This document shows positions 1-13,426 of a stretch of 64,000 nt of DNA, in pieces. The translations under genes were made by a program, and so were the position numbers. The stretch spans positions 22,258,001 to 22,322,000 of the forward strand of contig OZ024757.1 of NCBI GenBank assembly GCA_964016885.1. Direction: 5' to 3'. This stretch comes from Eledone cirrhosa (lineage: Eukaryota). The notes beneath the pieces are model-generated. The model was not told the origin of the DNA, searched no databases, and saw only the letters and a list, made by a program, of their open reading frames with translations. How positions within the stretch are numbered: position 1 is the first letter of the stretch; the number at the start of each line of letters is the position of its first letter.

Positions 1-149
1 GTATTCCCAATCTTTGCTCCCAAATACAGGAAGCCCTCAACCAATTCCAGCGGCTTCCCGCCTACATTAGTAGAAGATGGACGTTAAATGATGATGATGA
101 TATATCATTGGTTGAATGGTTTTGTCCCACTTGAGGTAAAATTGGTCAG

Positions 150-480
150 TAGACCATGTATCGCTTGTACAGAACTGTATCTGGCAGGCTTTCTACGACT
201 GGATGCCCTTCCTAACACCAACCATATTTACATTGTGGACTGGGAGCCTTTATACCATGTCTCCTACACGACCACTTTACAGTGTGGACTGGGTGCTTTT
301 TGTTGTGTCACCTACACAACCACTTCACAGTGGATGGAAATGGGAGGATGGAGTAGTGTGTGGGTTGGGGTGTATATTGGGTTAAGAGGAGTCTACTGAC
401 TCTAGGTTTAAGTTTGTATGCAAGGGAAGGCGGGTCTTCTGTATAATTGCATAGTGCCAAAGATCTCGATCCAGTGACAT
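150..480 (-). mobile_element. RTE-clade LINE 3' end/3'UTR remnant
   Basis: Shares ggcgggtcttctgta..gccaaagatctcg.tccag and ctggatgcccttcctaacac..accacattt with the longer RTE 3' copy at 57243-58092. Confidence 0.7.
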
Positions 481-677
481 ATATATATAATCATCATCAC
501 CATTTAATGTCCAGCTCCATTATCCACTTTTCTAAAAAAAGTATATCATACACAAAATGCCAGCATCAATAGTTTTCCAAGAGATAGCAACATGAATGGA
601 CCTGTTATTTTTCTCTAAAAACATTTTTTCAGATTCCGCCCTGCCCGTCCCTTCAATAATTTTAATTTCTCACTCTT

Positions 678-713
678 TCTTCTGATGAAGGACTAGCGTC
701 CGAAATGTTAAGA
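678..713 (+). ncRNA. Minimal type-I hammerhead ribozyme motif in a short dispersed element (about 583-800)
   Basis: TCTT-CTGATGA-A-GGAC(tagc)GTCC-GAAA-TG-TT-AAGA; stems I and II pair. A more degenerate copy of the same element lies at about 24519-24740. Confidence 0.65.
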
Positions 714-849
714 CCCTCTTCCTGCTATATCAAGCTTTAACCTAATATATTCCTTCCATATACTGTACCGATTGCGTTGTTATTTGTGTTTTCCTTTTAC
801 ATGCATATATATATATATATGCACATATATCATCATCATCTTTGTTTAA

Positions 850-1059
850 CCCTTTAGCATTCACATTACTCTATATATACTATTATATTTTCATGGTAAA
901 GGCTTTACCTCACATAATTATCACATATAATATTGAATCTATGAGATTTTGAAAGTATTTATTTTGAGAACAATACCTTAATATCAGTTTGAGTGACCAG
1001 TTACAGCCAGTTTCAACAGAAAAAGGTAGAGAATTCTGGCCGGTTTGAGCATTAAAGGG
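850..1059. mobile_element. piggyBac-like MITE
   Basis: TTAA at 846-849 and 1060-1063; termini CCCTTTA.. / ..TAAAGGG; inverted copy at 51828-52038. Confidence 0.7.
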
Positions 1060-1066
1060 TTAACGC

Positions 1067-1098
<32 letters not shown>

Positions 1099-1105
<7 letters not shown>

Positions 1106-1590
1106 GGCATCAAAAAGTTTCCAAACTAGTTCTGTAGTGTGCCAACAGATGGCAACACAGAGTTGTGCATGCAGTGAGAGCTAACAGTGACCTTCAATCG
1201 CCAGTGTGCTAAGTGACATTCCTGTGTTCACTTTGCAAGTTGTGAAATTTATGTTTTTGTGATCATGTGTATGCTGTAGCCTGCAGTCTTGTCATGAACA
1301 GGAAGTTGGAAATGAAGAGCCAACGTGAAATTTTGTATTCTACTTGGGAAGTCTGCTACAGAGACATTGAGCATGCTTCAGCAATGGGTCGTACGCAATG
1401 ATTCGAGTGGTACGGGCACTTCTAAAACAGAAGACCATCCCTGGGAGACAACAAGCAGTCTAGAAGACCTGTCACGAGCGTCAGCTCTGGAAATGTGGAG
1501 AAAATTAATCAGCTTGTGCACAAAGATTGCGAGAGGAGAATGAATGATATTGCTGATGTTTTGAGGTGTTTCAAGGAAGATGTTCAGCGA
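1099..1590 (+). mobile_element. Degenerate mariner 5' remnant
   Basis: TIR-like start (ta)tgaaatggcatcaaaaagtttcc after (TA)n; peptide VKFCILLGKSATETLSMLQQ matches the mariner transposase N-terminal HTH start; frameshifted. Confidence 0.7.
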
Positions 1591-1689
1591 CAGCTTGTGT
1601 CATAGAATTGGAACCATTTTCATCTGGTTTTTGTATCAAAAGGGTGAGACTCTTGTAATAATTGGAACTACTATATTCCTGTTTTATCT

Positions 1690-2791
1690 AGTGTGGTGGT
1701 GGTGATAATGGTGCTGGTGGTGGTGATAGTGGTGGTGATGGTGATAGTGGTGGTGGTGATAGTGGTGGTGGTGATAGTGGTGGTGGTGGTGATAGTGGTG
1801 GTGGTGGTGAAAGTAGTGGTGGTGGTGGTTGTGGTATTGGTTGTGATGTTGGTGGTGGTAGTGGTGGTGGTGGTGGTTGTGGTGATGGTAGTGGTAGTGG
1901 GTGGTTGTAGTGGTGGTTGTGGTGACAGTAATGGTGGTGGTGGTGATGGTGGTTGTGGTGATGGTAGTGGTAGTGGTAGTGGTAGTGGTGGTGGTAGTGG
2001 TGGTTGTGGTGACAGTAATGGTGGTTGTGGTGATGGTAGTGGTAGTAGTGGTGGTTGTGGTGACAGTAATGGTGGTTGTGGTGGCGAAAGTGGTGGTGGT
2101 GATGTTGGTGGTGGTAGTGGTGATGGTTGTGGCGTTGGTAATGGTAGTGGTGATAGTTGTCTATTAATAGCAGTGACAGTATTGGTAGTGTTGGTGGTGG
2201 TGGTTGTGGTGATGGTAGTGGTAGTGGGTGGTGGTGGTGGTGGTTGTGGTGACAGTAATGGTGGTGGTGGTGATGGTGGTTGTGGTGATGGTAGTGGTGA
2301 TGGTAGTGGTGGTTGTGGTGACAGTAATGGTGGTTGTGGTGATGGTAGTGGTAGTAATGGTGGTTGTGGTGATGGTAGTGGTAGTAGTGGTTGTTGTGGT
2401 GACAGTAATAGTGGTTGTGGTGATGATAGTGGTAGTGGTGGTGATGGTGGTTGTGGTGATGGTAGTGGGTGGTGGTAGTGGTGGTGACAGTAATGGTCGT
2501 GGTGGTGATGGTGGTGATGGTAGTGGTGGTGGTAGTGGTGGTTTCGGTGACAGTAATGGTGGTTGTGGTGATGGTGGTGGTTGTGGTGATGGTAGTGGTA
2601 GTGGTGGTGGTGGTAGTGGTGGTTGTGGTGACAGTAATGGTAGTTGTGGTGATGGTAGTGGTAGTGGGTGGTGGTGGTTGTGGTGACAGTAATGGTGGTT
2701 GTGGTGGTGGTGGTGGTAGTGGTGGTGATGGTAGTGGTGGTGGTGGTGGTGGTAGTGGTGGTTGTGGTGACAGTAATGGTGGTTGTGGGTG
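1690..2791. repeat. Compound (GGT/GAT/AGT)n trinucleotide satellite
   Basis: Direct reading; recurring ggttgtggtgacagtaat module; overlapping poly-V/T/G/H ORFs are artefacts. Confidence 0.95.
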
Positions 2792-3434
2792 GCAGCAGAA
2801 CTACCAAACTAGGTAAAAATCAATGAAATTAACAGTCCATATTTGGTATTCTAATAGACAGCCATATAACATTGTATCTGGACAGACATTCACCAGCCTG
2901 GAAATAACTGCAGACCAAAGTACTGGACAACCTCGCCACTGGCTTCAATAACCCCTCACCCACACCCATATAATTCCTCAATTTCTTGCATGTGTGCTCC
3001 CCCTCTCTTTCCCACACTTTATATGTGTGTGTATGTATATATGTATGTATATTACCTAAACTGCGATTCTCTGTTTCTCTCTTTCTCTCTTACTGCTCCC
3101 TCGTTCTCTCTGTTTCTCTTACTTTCTTTCGTCCCCTCTGTCAGTTAACACTTTCTCTCGACTGACACCTCTTCCTCGCACTTCCACTCACTCACTCTCT
3201 GTTTCTCCCCTTCTCACTTCCTCCCGTTCGCTAGGAGTCGGATTTTCCTTCTTTCTCACATCCCATTCACAGCGAAAGGTCTGTTTGCTACACGCTCATG
3301 AATTCAGCCAGTTTATACTGATCGAATAACCATGTTGCTTGTTTTTCTTTCCATCTTCGGTTTGCTTTCCTCCTTCTATGTTGTTTACTTGTCTCACTCG
3401 CTTTACGCGTTTCACTTGTCCCAATAACTTATTT

Positions 3435-3575
3435 TAGTTATTGCTCGCACCAACGTGAGGTATATGATTTTTAATGCAATGAAATACCAATGATCGTTGG
3501 CAAATCACTGATGAGGGACTAATTTTATAATATGTAATCCATGTGCAACCATGCAGTATTCTTCTCCCCATATTT
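3435..3575. repeat. Dispersed repeat (inverted copy at about 43885-44030)
   Basis: ttattgctcgcaccaac..gaggtat..gaaataccaatgat..gttgg..aatcactga(t/c)ga.ggacta shared in reverse orientation. Confidence 0.75.
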
Positions 3576-3750
3576 TTCATATATATATATATATATATAT
3601 TGTTATACTTTGGGAGGGTCATGTTGCCAATAAGAAACACACGCACCAGTTGCTTTCACTTCAATTTATTATAATAAATTTATAAATTTAGGAATTTATA
3701 AATTTCCGGTTGGTTGGTTGGTTCCACAACCAGATGATTGTTTATATATT

Positions 3751-3793
3751 GTCAAAGTTCTTTCGTCACACATTCTGTGACCTCTTCAGTGAC
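3751..3793 (-). ncRNA. Type-I hammerhead ribozyme motif (element about 3598-3894)
   Basis: Minus strand GTCA-CTGAAGA-G-GTCACA(gaatg)TGTGAC-GAAA-GAAC-TT-TGAC; perfect stems I and II. The element terminus tattgttatactt.gggagggtcat is shared with 19044. Confidence 0.75.
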
Positions 3794-4329
3794 TGGGGGT
3801 TCTTTTCTTTGTTTTTTGTGCCTCTCCTTTGTTCTGTCCTACGCCATCTTGTTTTTGACACACAAAAACAAGATGGTGTAGGACAGAACAAAGGTGTGTG
3901 TATGGGTGTGCGTGCGTGCGTGTATATATGTATCTAAGGAAAATGATTAAAAAAAGCGCACCTGGTATATATATAAAGGATTTTTATATGTACAAACATT
4001 GATGTTAAAAATTCATGTTAGCAAAGCCTGCTTTCTCCGTATTGGATTATCAAAACATTTGTCATTGGGTTAAATTGTCTTTTCATTAAGTCTCCTGCAG
4101 TGTGATTCTCAATCACATTGGTTTGGGTCATTTCTGTACTTGCTAAAATAAGGGATACAGCTCATGTGCCTATGCATGTGTATGTGTGTCTATATATATA
4201 TACACATATATATAGAGAGAGTGAGATAAATATTCTTTCCCAGTAATATTCACATTAAACTCCTTCAAAATAATACAGCCTGTAATCTACATTAACAATG
4301 CTACTTCAGTTATTATCTCTTCCATGTGT

Positions 4330-4636
4330 TGACTGGCCGTCAGGCTAGATACTTGGATGATTGGCTGGCTGGTGTCTGAGCTACTTTGCTGGATGGCTAG
4401 GTGGTGAGATGGTTGACTGGCTGAATTGATGGAGAGATGGTTGGTTCAATAGATGGTTGATTGGTAGGCTTGTTAGCTGGTGTCTGAGACTATTTGCTGG
4501 ATGGATAAGGGGCTGGATGGTTGAATGGTTGGCTGGCTGGCTGGTTGAATTGATGGATGGTTGGCTGGCTGATTGGTTGTTTTGATGGATGGTTGCCTGG
4601 CTCGTTGGTTGATTGGCTGGCTGATGTGCTTACTGG

Positions 4637-4670
<34 letters not shown>

Positions 4671-4990
4671 ATGGTTGGTTGGTTGAGTGGATGAGTGGAT
4701 CGATGGTTGACTGGTGGGATAGCTGGATGGTTAGATGGATGGTTGGGTTGCTAGATGGACATTGATTTGGTTGGCTGGCTTGTTGGCTGGTTGACTGGTG
4801 GAATAGCTGGTTGGCTAGATGTATGGTTGGATGGCTAGATGGATGGTTATTAGGCTGGTTGGCTGGTTGGCTGCTGAACCTGTTTGCTGGCTGGTTGACT
4901 AGTAAGATGGCTGACTGATAGACTGGCTGGCTGGGAGGATGTTTGGGTGGGTGGGTGTTTGAATGGATGGCTGTATGGCTGGTTGGCTGG
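4330..4990. repeat. Degenerate (TGGY/TGGA)n tetranucleotide satellite with (CT)n insert
   Basis: Direct reading. Confidence 0.85.
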
Positions 4991-6013
4991 AACTGCATTT
5001 ATCGGTAATTTTGGTTTTGCTGTAACTTAGTTTCCTAATTCTAGAATTAAGAAAATCTTGTGTGGTGAAGCATGAAGCAAACACTATTGATTCCAGTCTG
5101 TTGGTATGTTCAGTGTCTTATAGATCTGCATATATGATGTCTTCACTGATTTCACTACAGTATATACATACATTTGGAGGATTATTATGTCTAGCAGATA
5201 TTCCATAAAGATTTCTCAACAATTGGAATATAATAGAGAAATAGCATAGCTTGATTTACCAGTTTATATATATTCCCAAGTGCTATATGATTTATCATCA
5301 CTATAATCAGGGGAAATAAATTATTTACATATAAAGGACTTAATATACACAGAGCTTATGGGTTAAAGCTGCTATCTGTCACAATATTTATTTTGATATT
5401 AGCATGTCAACCATGTTATTCTCTACATGGAAATGTATATATTTAAAATGAATATCGGTGCTTAGTAGACAAGCTTGTGTGTATCTTTGTGTTTCACCCG
5501 AACCCTTTAGAATGAGATATGAAGCTGATTGTCAGAAAACAGAGAAACGTAATCTATGTTTAGATAGCAAGGAAAATGGACATTAAACGACCATGATGAG
5601 GATTTTATAAACAAGAAGCATTGGACCATTTACAGTGAAGTACCATCACTGACAAAAGTAAAATGGCTGTATTAAGAAAATACTGATAAACAGGGTTTAT
5701 TTTCATCTTTTTGACACCAACCCATTCAAAACCAGCTCTGGTTTTATGAAACAAAACCACCCATTTTGAAGAATTTGTATTTAAATTAAAATCTTCCAAC
5801 ATAATTTTATATGAGAATCATATGTTAAGTTATTATCTTAGTTATGAAAAAATAATTTTAGTCCTCATAATGAAATAATTAATGGTTTTGGTAAATGCTT
5901 CAGAATTCTTCCTTAATTAAAAGCAAAAGTATAATTCATTAGAAATATAGAAGGAAACTTTAGAACTGCAAAAGTTTTGAGGCATGTGTCATGACTCAGT
6001 ATATGATATTCTG

Positions 6014-6045
<32 letters not shown>

Positions 6046-6046
6046 C

Positions 6047-6082
<36 letters not shown>

Positions 6083-6084
6083 TA

Positions 6085-6253
6085 CCGTAATTCCTGGTGT
6101 GGAAGACGTTGCTTTTTTCCTAAAATAAGTCTCAAAAATCTACCATACGTCATGGAGGCCAAAGGTTTTTTTACTATTTAAAAAAACAATTTTGGTTGTC
6201 AAAATTAGGGTGCATGCTCGAGCACTAAACATCTTCGGCACCGGGAAATGCGG
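6085..6253. mobile_element. Tc1/mariner-pogo type MITE
   Basis: TA|CCGTAATTCCTGGTGT.GAAGACG ... CATCTTCGGCACCGGGAAATGCGG|TA imperfect TIRs, inside (TA)n. Related ends at about 18035-18084 and 53560-53602. Confidence 0.65.
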
Positions 6254-6279
6254 TATATATATATATATATATATATATA

Positions 6280-6652
6280 CGACCGTGACTTCTGGCGTCA
6301 CGCAGTAATACAGGGTACCCGACCTCCCATGGGTACATGCTGAAGCATATAAACAATATGCCCCCCTCCCCCCCCCCCACCGCAAGGTGGTCGTGGAGGT
6401 GCCACGGCAAAAAAGCACCCAGCCCACACTGTAGAGTGGAGGTGTAGGCGCCACGAAAAAGCACCCAGCACTCACTGTAAATGAGGTTGGTGTTAGGAAG
6501 GGCATCCAGCTGTAGAAATCAAGCCAGATCAGTTCCTGTATGAGCAAGGCATGGTCAGCCGACCAGACACTGCCCACAACAGGACAACCCGTCTAACCCA
6601 TGCTAGCGTGGAAGAACGGACGTAAAACGGTGATGATGATGATGATGATGAT
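6280..6652 (+). mobile_element. RTE LINE 3' end with (GAT)n tail
   Basis: gaccgtgac..ctggcgtcacgcagtaatacag (DRD.WRHAVIQ) as at 41357; 3'UTR and GAT tail. Confidence 0.8.
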
Positions 6653-6917
6653 ATATATAATGTATGATGAGTTAGTGTTGAAGAATAAAAACTAATGATA
6701 AAATAAAAATATATTTTTTTAAAAATGAGTTCCATGGTGGTGTGTGACCCTAAGTTATAGTTTATTTAGCTTATAGGTAGGTCCAGCACTGACATGGTGG
6801 ACTTTCATCGGCTGAGGCCCAAAGCTATATGAAATTTGAGGCTCTTCTCTAAAAAAAACTTTGGGTGAAAAAATTTTAAATAAATATACATGCTTATTAT
6901 TTTTTCTATTAATGTTA

Positions 6918-7098
6918 ATAATTGTTTCTACTTTTGGCACAAGGCCAGCAATTATCCCAGTACATTACTGGTACTTTATTTTATCGACCCCGTAAGGATG
7001 AAAGGCAAAGTTAACCTTGGCGGGATTTGAACTCAGGATGGTAAGGGCCATAATTCTATGCACCAAAGCGACCCTCTACCGATACTACCAATCCACCA
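6918..7098 (-). mobile_element. tRNA-derived SINE family B
   Basis: Box A/B-like tggtagtatcgg / gagttcaaatccc; central ctttgcctttcatccttacggggtcgataaaataaagtaccag (resembles Meta-domain SINEs); tail ggccttgtgccaaaagtagaaacaattatt; about 20 copies in the window. Confidence 0.85.
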
Positions 7099-7116
7099 AT
7101 AAATTATATATATATA

Positions 7117-8560
7117 TCATCATCACCATTTAGGGTCCATTTTTCTACACTAATCCGTTATTGCCTGCAGGACTATGATGAACAGGAGAGGGCTAAGAAC
7201 AGAGCCCTGGTGGACCCCAACCTGTACGCTAAATTCCTCGCTATACTCATTGCCAATCCTAACTTTGCTGACTGCTCCCCTATACATGGCTTGTACCGTT
7301 TTCACAAGCCATTCATCTACTCCTAGTTTTCTAAGAGCCCACCAGATTACTGCATGTGGAACTCTGTCAAAGGCTTTCTCAAGCAAGTAGAGTGGCTTAC
7401 TTTTAGTTAGGTACTTTTCCTGTAATTGCCTCACAAGGAAGAGGGCATCAGTGGTGCCTTTCCCTGGTACAAACCCAAATTGCATCTCGTCTATATTCAC
7501 CCGGTCCCTAATCAGCTGTGCTATAACTCTTTCTGTTACTTTCATGACCTGGTCCATCAACTTTATACCTCTATAGTTTCCTCTATCTAGTGCATCGCCT
7601 TTACCTTTGTAGCAGTTGACAATGATGCTACTGCACCAATCTTTTGGTATGGCCCCCTCTAGTATTACCTGGTTAACGATACGTGTGGTTATAGTGTGAC
7701 CTACAGACCCAGATGCCTTCAGCATCTCGGCAGCTATACCCGATGGACCGGTTGCCTTCCCTATCTTCATATCTCTGATTGCCTTACTTACTACGCTGCC
7801 GCTGACTTGTACTGCTGGTCCCTCTATAGGGTCTACGTGGGGTAGGGTCTCTTCTTCCCATGCATTCTCCTCATTTAGTAATCTATCATAATGACTCTTC
7901 CATGCATCTTTCTTCTCAGCACTTGTGAGGGCAAGCTCACCTTTATCATTCCGGATACACTTCTCTCCAATGACATCACAACTATCTCTGACACACTGCC
8001 TCGCAATCTTGAATACCTCCTGTTTCTGGTCCTCACGTTGTAAAACATGCTTGAATTTTCTATCCTCTGCTTCCCTCCTAGCTAAGTATACTTGTCGCCT
8101 AGCTTCCCTCTTGGTCTCTATGTAATGTACCCTGCTCCCCCCGTTCTTCCATTCTTTCCATGCCTGTCTCTTGGCCTTGACTGCTTCATCTACCTTATTG
8201 TTCCACCACCAAGTCACTCTCCTCCTGCTTGAGGTCTTACTCCAGCCACAAACCTCATCCGTCGCCTCTAGTAAGTTATTTTTTAGGAACTCCCAGTTCT
8301 CTTCTACGTTAAATGTCTCTATCTGTTCTTCTTTACTGTCGTAGGCGTTGAGTAAAATATCTTTAAATCTGTTACTGGTTGAGGGGACTTTCAGCTTCCA
8401 GATCTTTCTTCTCCAGGTTGGCCTCTGTTTCAGGGCTCGTCTAGTTCTGACCGTGAGGTCACTGACAACTAAGCTATGTTGGGATGTACATTCCTCACTA
8501 GGGAAGGCTTTTGTGTTTACGACCGTCCATCTGTCACGTCCTCTGATGAGGATAAAATCT
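7117..8560 (-). mobile_element. RTE-clade LINE fragment: end of APE endonuclease, tether and N-terminal half of RT; inactive
   Basis: SQHSLVV (APE end), TWWWN, KATGPSG, YKGKGD..NYRGIKL, QFGFVPGKGTTDA, LEKAFDRV, GVHQGSVLSPLLF. Lacks AFVD before LEKAF and stops before YADD; fused directly to the (GAT)n tail. Confidence 0.93.
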
Positions 8561-9196
8561 AATGTATATATATAAAATCTAAAATCTAATGTATATATAT
8601 AAAATCTAATGTATATATATATACAAAGATATATTATATGTGTGAGTTTATGTATATATAATATACATATATACAAAGGCATATTATGTGTGTATAAGTG
8701 TATATATGTATGTGCATATGTAATGTCCGAGAATATCATATCACCCGGTCGGAGAATGAAACTCACAACCTCACGATTGGAAGCTCAATGCTCTAAACAC
8801 TAAGCCATGCACCTTCATATGTACATATGTAATATGTACAATGGCAACTAAAACAAAATACAATGGGGGAGAATATATAGTATGCTTCTGTAGTTATGGC
8901 TGAAGACTGTGTCTTCGGCATTGTTTGTGATACATTTCAAGAAAACAGTCTCTTATTATGAAGAAGCGACAACCATCTTAAACAGGAAATGTACAGGAAA
9001 TGAGCTGTGGGCTTTGTAGGGAAGGTGAGTTATACCATATATACATGTGTGGCATCATTGTCATATTCTAATATCCATTTTGCTTGTGTATATGTGTGTG
9101 TGTACCTGCATATATATATGTGTGTATGTGTGTGTATGTGTGTGTATGTGTGTGTTTATGTGTGTGTGTGTGTACATATAGACACACATATATACA

Positions 9197-9578
9197 CATC
9201 ATCATCACTGTTTTACGTCCGTTCTTCCACGCTAGCATGGGTTGTTAGACGGTTTTTTTTCCTGTTGTGGGCAGTGTCCGGTCAGCTGACCTTGTCTTGC
9301 TCATACGGGAACTGATTCTGGCTTGATTTCTACAGTTGGATGCCCTTCCTAGCACCAACCTCATTTACAGTGTGGGCTGGGTGCTTTTTTGCCATGGCAC
9401 CTCCACGACCAATTTGCAGTGGAATGATAGGGACCCCAGTCCTATCATCTCATTCCTACAGCTGAGTAAACTGGAGCAATGTGAAATAAAGTGTCTTGCT
9501 TAAGGAAACAACACATCACCCGGTCTCACAACCTTTCGATTGCAAGCCCAATGCTCTAACTACTAAGCCATGCACCAC
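9197..9578 (-). mobile_element. tRNA-derived SINE family A with RTE-type 3' tail
   Basis: Head ggtgcatggcttagtagttagagc, ccttaagcaagacactttatttcac body, tail identical in type to RTE 3'UTR plus (GAT)n. Confidence 0.85.
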
Positions 9579-9669
9579 AATTGTATATATAATTAACATA
9601 AATATATATAGGCATAGTGGTTAATGCTTTGACCCACCATCTGCGCAATGTGGAGTTCGATTCATCATA

Positions 9670-9820
9670 AATGTCTGTCCTCCCCTTTTCTATCAGCAGG
9701 AGTACCAGATGTCTCTGTCCCCTTCTTTCTATCAGCAGGGGTACCAGATGTCTCTGTCCCCCCTTTTCTATCAGCAAGGGTACCAGATGTCTCTGTCACC
9801 TTTTTATCACCAGGGGTACT
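9670..9820. repeat. About 38-bp minisatellite, about 4 copies
   Basis: atgtctctgtcccc..tttctatcagcaggggtaccag repeated. Confidence 0.85.
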
Positions 9821-10104
9821 TTACCCAATTTTTAAAACAGTCATCAACTATTATTGTGGTCACTTACGTTAGGTTCCCTACATATAAAATTTTCCCAAAG
9901 CTCCATAAGTTAAATGTTATTCAACTTAGCACTCTGTATTTATGAAAAGCAGAGTAGATACTTTATGAGTTTTCTGCTCTATGGTTAAGCTTTTACTGTT
10001 GGGAAGAGACCTTTTATATATATATATATGTGTGTTAGGTAATTCCAAAGAAAAAGCAAAGGAAAAAAGAGTGTTCTTTCTAATTAATATATATATATAT
10101 ATAT

Positions 10105-10797
10105 CATCATCATCAGCGTTTAACGTCCATATTCCACGCTAGCATGGGTTTAGACGGGAATTGTCCTACTTGAGGCAAGATTTTTCAGGTGACCATGTCT
10201 TGCTCGTATAGGGCTGTCTGGCAGGTGTTCTACGGCTGGATGCCCTTCCTAACACCAAACACATTTACAAATGTCACCATCTATTACTATATCGATTTAC
10301 AATGATCAATCAACCCTCTGAAACGATTGTAAAACGAAGAGCGAATTAATAACCTATCTTTGACTTTTGTTATATTTTCATTGTTTAATACACACACATA
10401 TGTATAAATGACTGTAGCTAGAGTAGAATTTTCAAGGGAACCTTATGTGATGAGAGCCTAATACAAAAACTATAGCTTTCACCACCTAATGTCATTGAAA
10501 CTATCTCTTCAAGGTTGCAGGGAGTTCTAACAATGTTATTGGCCCCACCATAAGCAGGTGGATACCAGTATATATATATCATCATCATCATCATCGTTTA
10601 ACGTCTATCTTCCATGCTAGCGTGGGTTAGACAGGAGTTGTCCCACTTGAGGCAAGACTGGTCGGGAGACCGTGTCTCGCTCGTATAGGACTGTCTGGCA
10701 GGTTTTCTACGGCTGGATGCCCTTCTTAACACCAACCACATTTACATTGTGGAGTGGGAACTTTTGACCATGTTACCTACACGACCACATTACAGCG
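10105..10797 (-). mobile_element. Two 5'-truncated RTE 3'UTR tails (about 10105-10270 and 10579-10797)
   Basis: (CAT)n + gtttaacgtc..ttccacgctagcatgggtt.gacgggagttgtcc.acttgaggcaag, as at 57243. Confidence 0.8.
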
Positions 10798-11262
10798 TAT
10801 ATATATATATATATATGTGTGAGGCACCAGCCATTTTCCCTAACATCACATAAAATTTATGTTTTATAGCTTAATGGCTATAAATTACTGTTTTGTCTCT
10901 TGTCTCTCACTCTACTGGACAGTGTTTGACTTCTGTCAGATGCTGGGTCCTTGGATGGACCAGCAGTACCATTGGTAGGGGTCAAAACTGCCCATGTCCA
11001 TCTCAATGACCGATGACCATGGAGTTCTGTGTCCATTTGTATACTTATTTAAAAAAATAATTTTTCAAAGATTTCGCCGTAAAAAATTGTTTTTCATTTT
11101 CTTTTCTTTCTGTTCATTGTCTTGTCCTTTCTTTGTTAATTTTATTAAGTTTATATATAGGGCGGCTGACCTGGCTAGAAGCTGCTAAATATTGACCGCC
11201 CTCCTGTCTCTGCTTTTCAGCCCCATGGATTTTGTCTGTTATATTCCTTTGTTATATTTTGA

Positions 11263-11320
11263 ATACCTGATGATGTCACCGGATTCATACTGAACCCGGT
11301 CACTGAAATGATCATAGTAT
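11263..11320 (+). ncRNA. Type-I hammerhead ribozyme motif followed by AATAAA
   Basis: ATAC-CTGATGA-[tgtcACCGGaTTCA tac TGAAcCCGGTcact]-GAAA-TGATCA-TA-GTAT-AATAAA; palindromic stem III. Confidence 0.75.
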
Positions 11321-11548
11321 AATAAACCTTTTAAGGATTTACACCAGTCCAGCCTCCTGTTATTTTATAAAATATATATATATATATATAATTCGGAATA
11401 TAATCACTTATTTCTTAATGTTTGTTGAGTGAGTTGGAATTTGGCCGGAGTATCACTAAAAAGCTTTCTTTGATATTGTATTTATTATATATATATATAT
11501 ATATACAATATTAAATAAATGGAAACTATATTTATAAAACCATATTTA

Positions 11549-11606
11549 TTCTATTATATATATTTCAAGGGTACCAAAAATTTTGGTACGCTATCATCAG
11601 ATAAAA
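11549..11606 (-). ncRNA. Type-I hammerhead ribozyme motif (TTTTAT-stem family)
   Basis: Minus strand TTTTAT-CTGATGA-tagcGTACCAAAA t TTTTGGTACcctt-GAAA-TATATA-TA-ATAGAA; same family at 43570, 44474, 45938 and 46129. Confidence 0.75.
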
Positions 11607-11702
11607 TACAAAATGTTTTATAAATATTTGACATGACCAAGGTTGATATACCTTAACGGCTCAAGTTATCCCTGGAAATTCCAACAAATTAAATATCTCT
11701 TC

Positions 11703-11741
<39 letters not shown>

Positions 11742-12327
11742 CAGCCAAACTTCTATTGTCAAAGCAACCCTATTTTCTCAACAAGAAATCAAACCCATTG
11801 CACCACAACCAACACAAGTGTTCTGAGAGTTTTCCAACACACCGCAGTGCATGCTACATGTTGCATGTCACTACATGTTGTATGTTTTCAAAGAACAACA
11901 ACAAAACAAAGAAAAGACAATTTGGTGACAACATAGTGGAAAATACATGAAGTCTAATAATATATGTAGATATATGGATTCGAGAGTTATAAACAATTTA
12001 TGATTTATGATAAAAGCCTGACACAACAACAACAACAAGAACAACAACAACAACAACAACAACAAAAAAAGAGAAAGAAAGAAGAGCATAAATTGAAAAT
12101 ATTTCAACTTGAGAGGAGGGGAATGTTTACCATATATGTGAGGAAAAATTTCAATTTGATTTTATGATTCTTTCAATAATAATAATTCCGAAATATCAAA
12201 ATCTCTGACAAAATTCTTCATTTTTAGTTTTATTTTATTATTATTATTTTCTGTTTCATTCTGGTCTTCCTTTTCCTTCCAGAATTGTTGATATGATTGC
12301 ATGTATAATAATATACAATGAGGGAGA

Positions 12328-13030
<703 letters not shown>

Positions 13031-13426
13031 CACTAGTAAAGTGGATGTTAAATGATGAGGAAGATGATTATGATAAGTATGTATTTATGGTAAATTTATG
13101 TGAGCATGTGTAGATACTTGTGTGTGTATGTCAAGACAAGTGTATATCATATCTCCTTACACATAGACACACACACACAAACACATATATATGTCACTAA
13201 AAACACGTAAGACTGAAGCAGCTGACTTCATTATACACATATATATATACATACATATATATATATATACACACATAATTAACCACCTATTCCACAGATA
13301 CATATATTATATACACACATACATATATATATATACACACAACAACATAATATATCTTTGTATATATGTACATTTCATATACACATACATATATATATAT
13401 ACACAGACACCCTCATATAATATATC

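Noticed and set aside
3480-3530. CTGATGA (and CTGACGA at about 43951, minus) as a hammerhead
   Set aside because: No downstream stem II-GAAA; a type-II reading lacks stem III and UH
11745-11826. Possible terminal exon (tttcag|..QTSIVKATLFSQQEIKPIAPQPTQVF*)
   Set aside because: Weak polypyrimidine tract, all three frames open because of A/C bias, no recognisable homology
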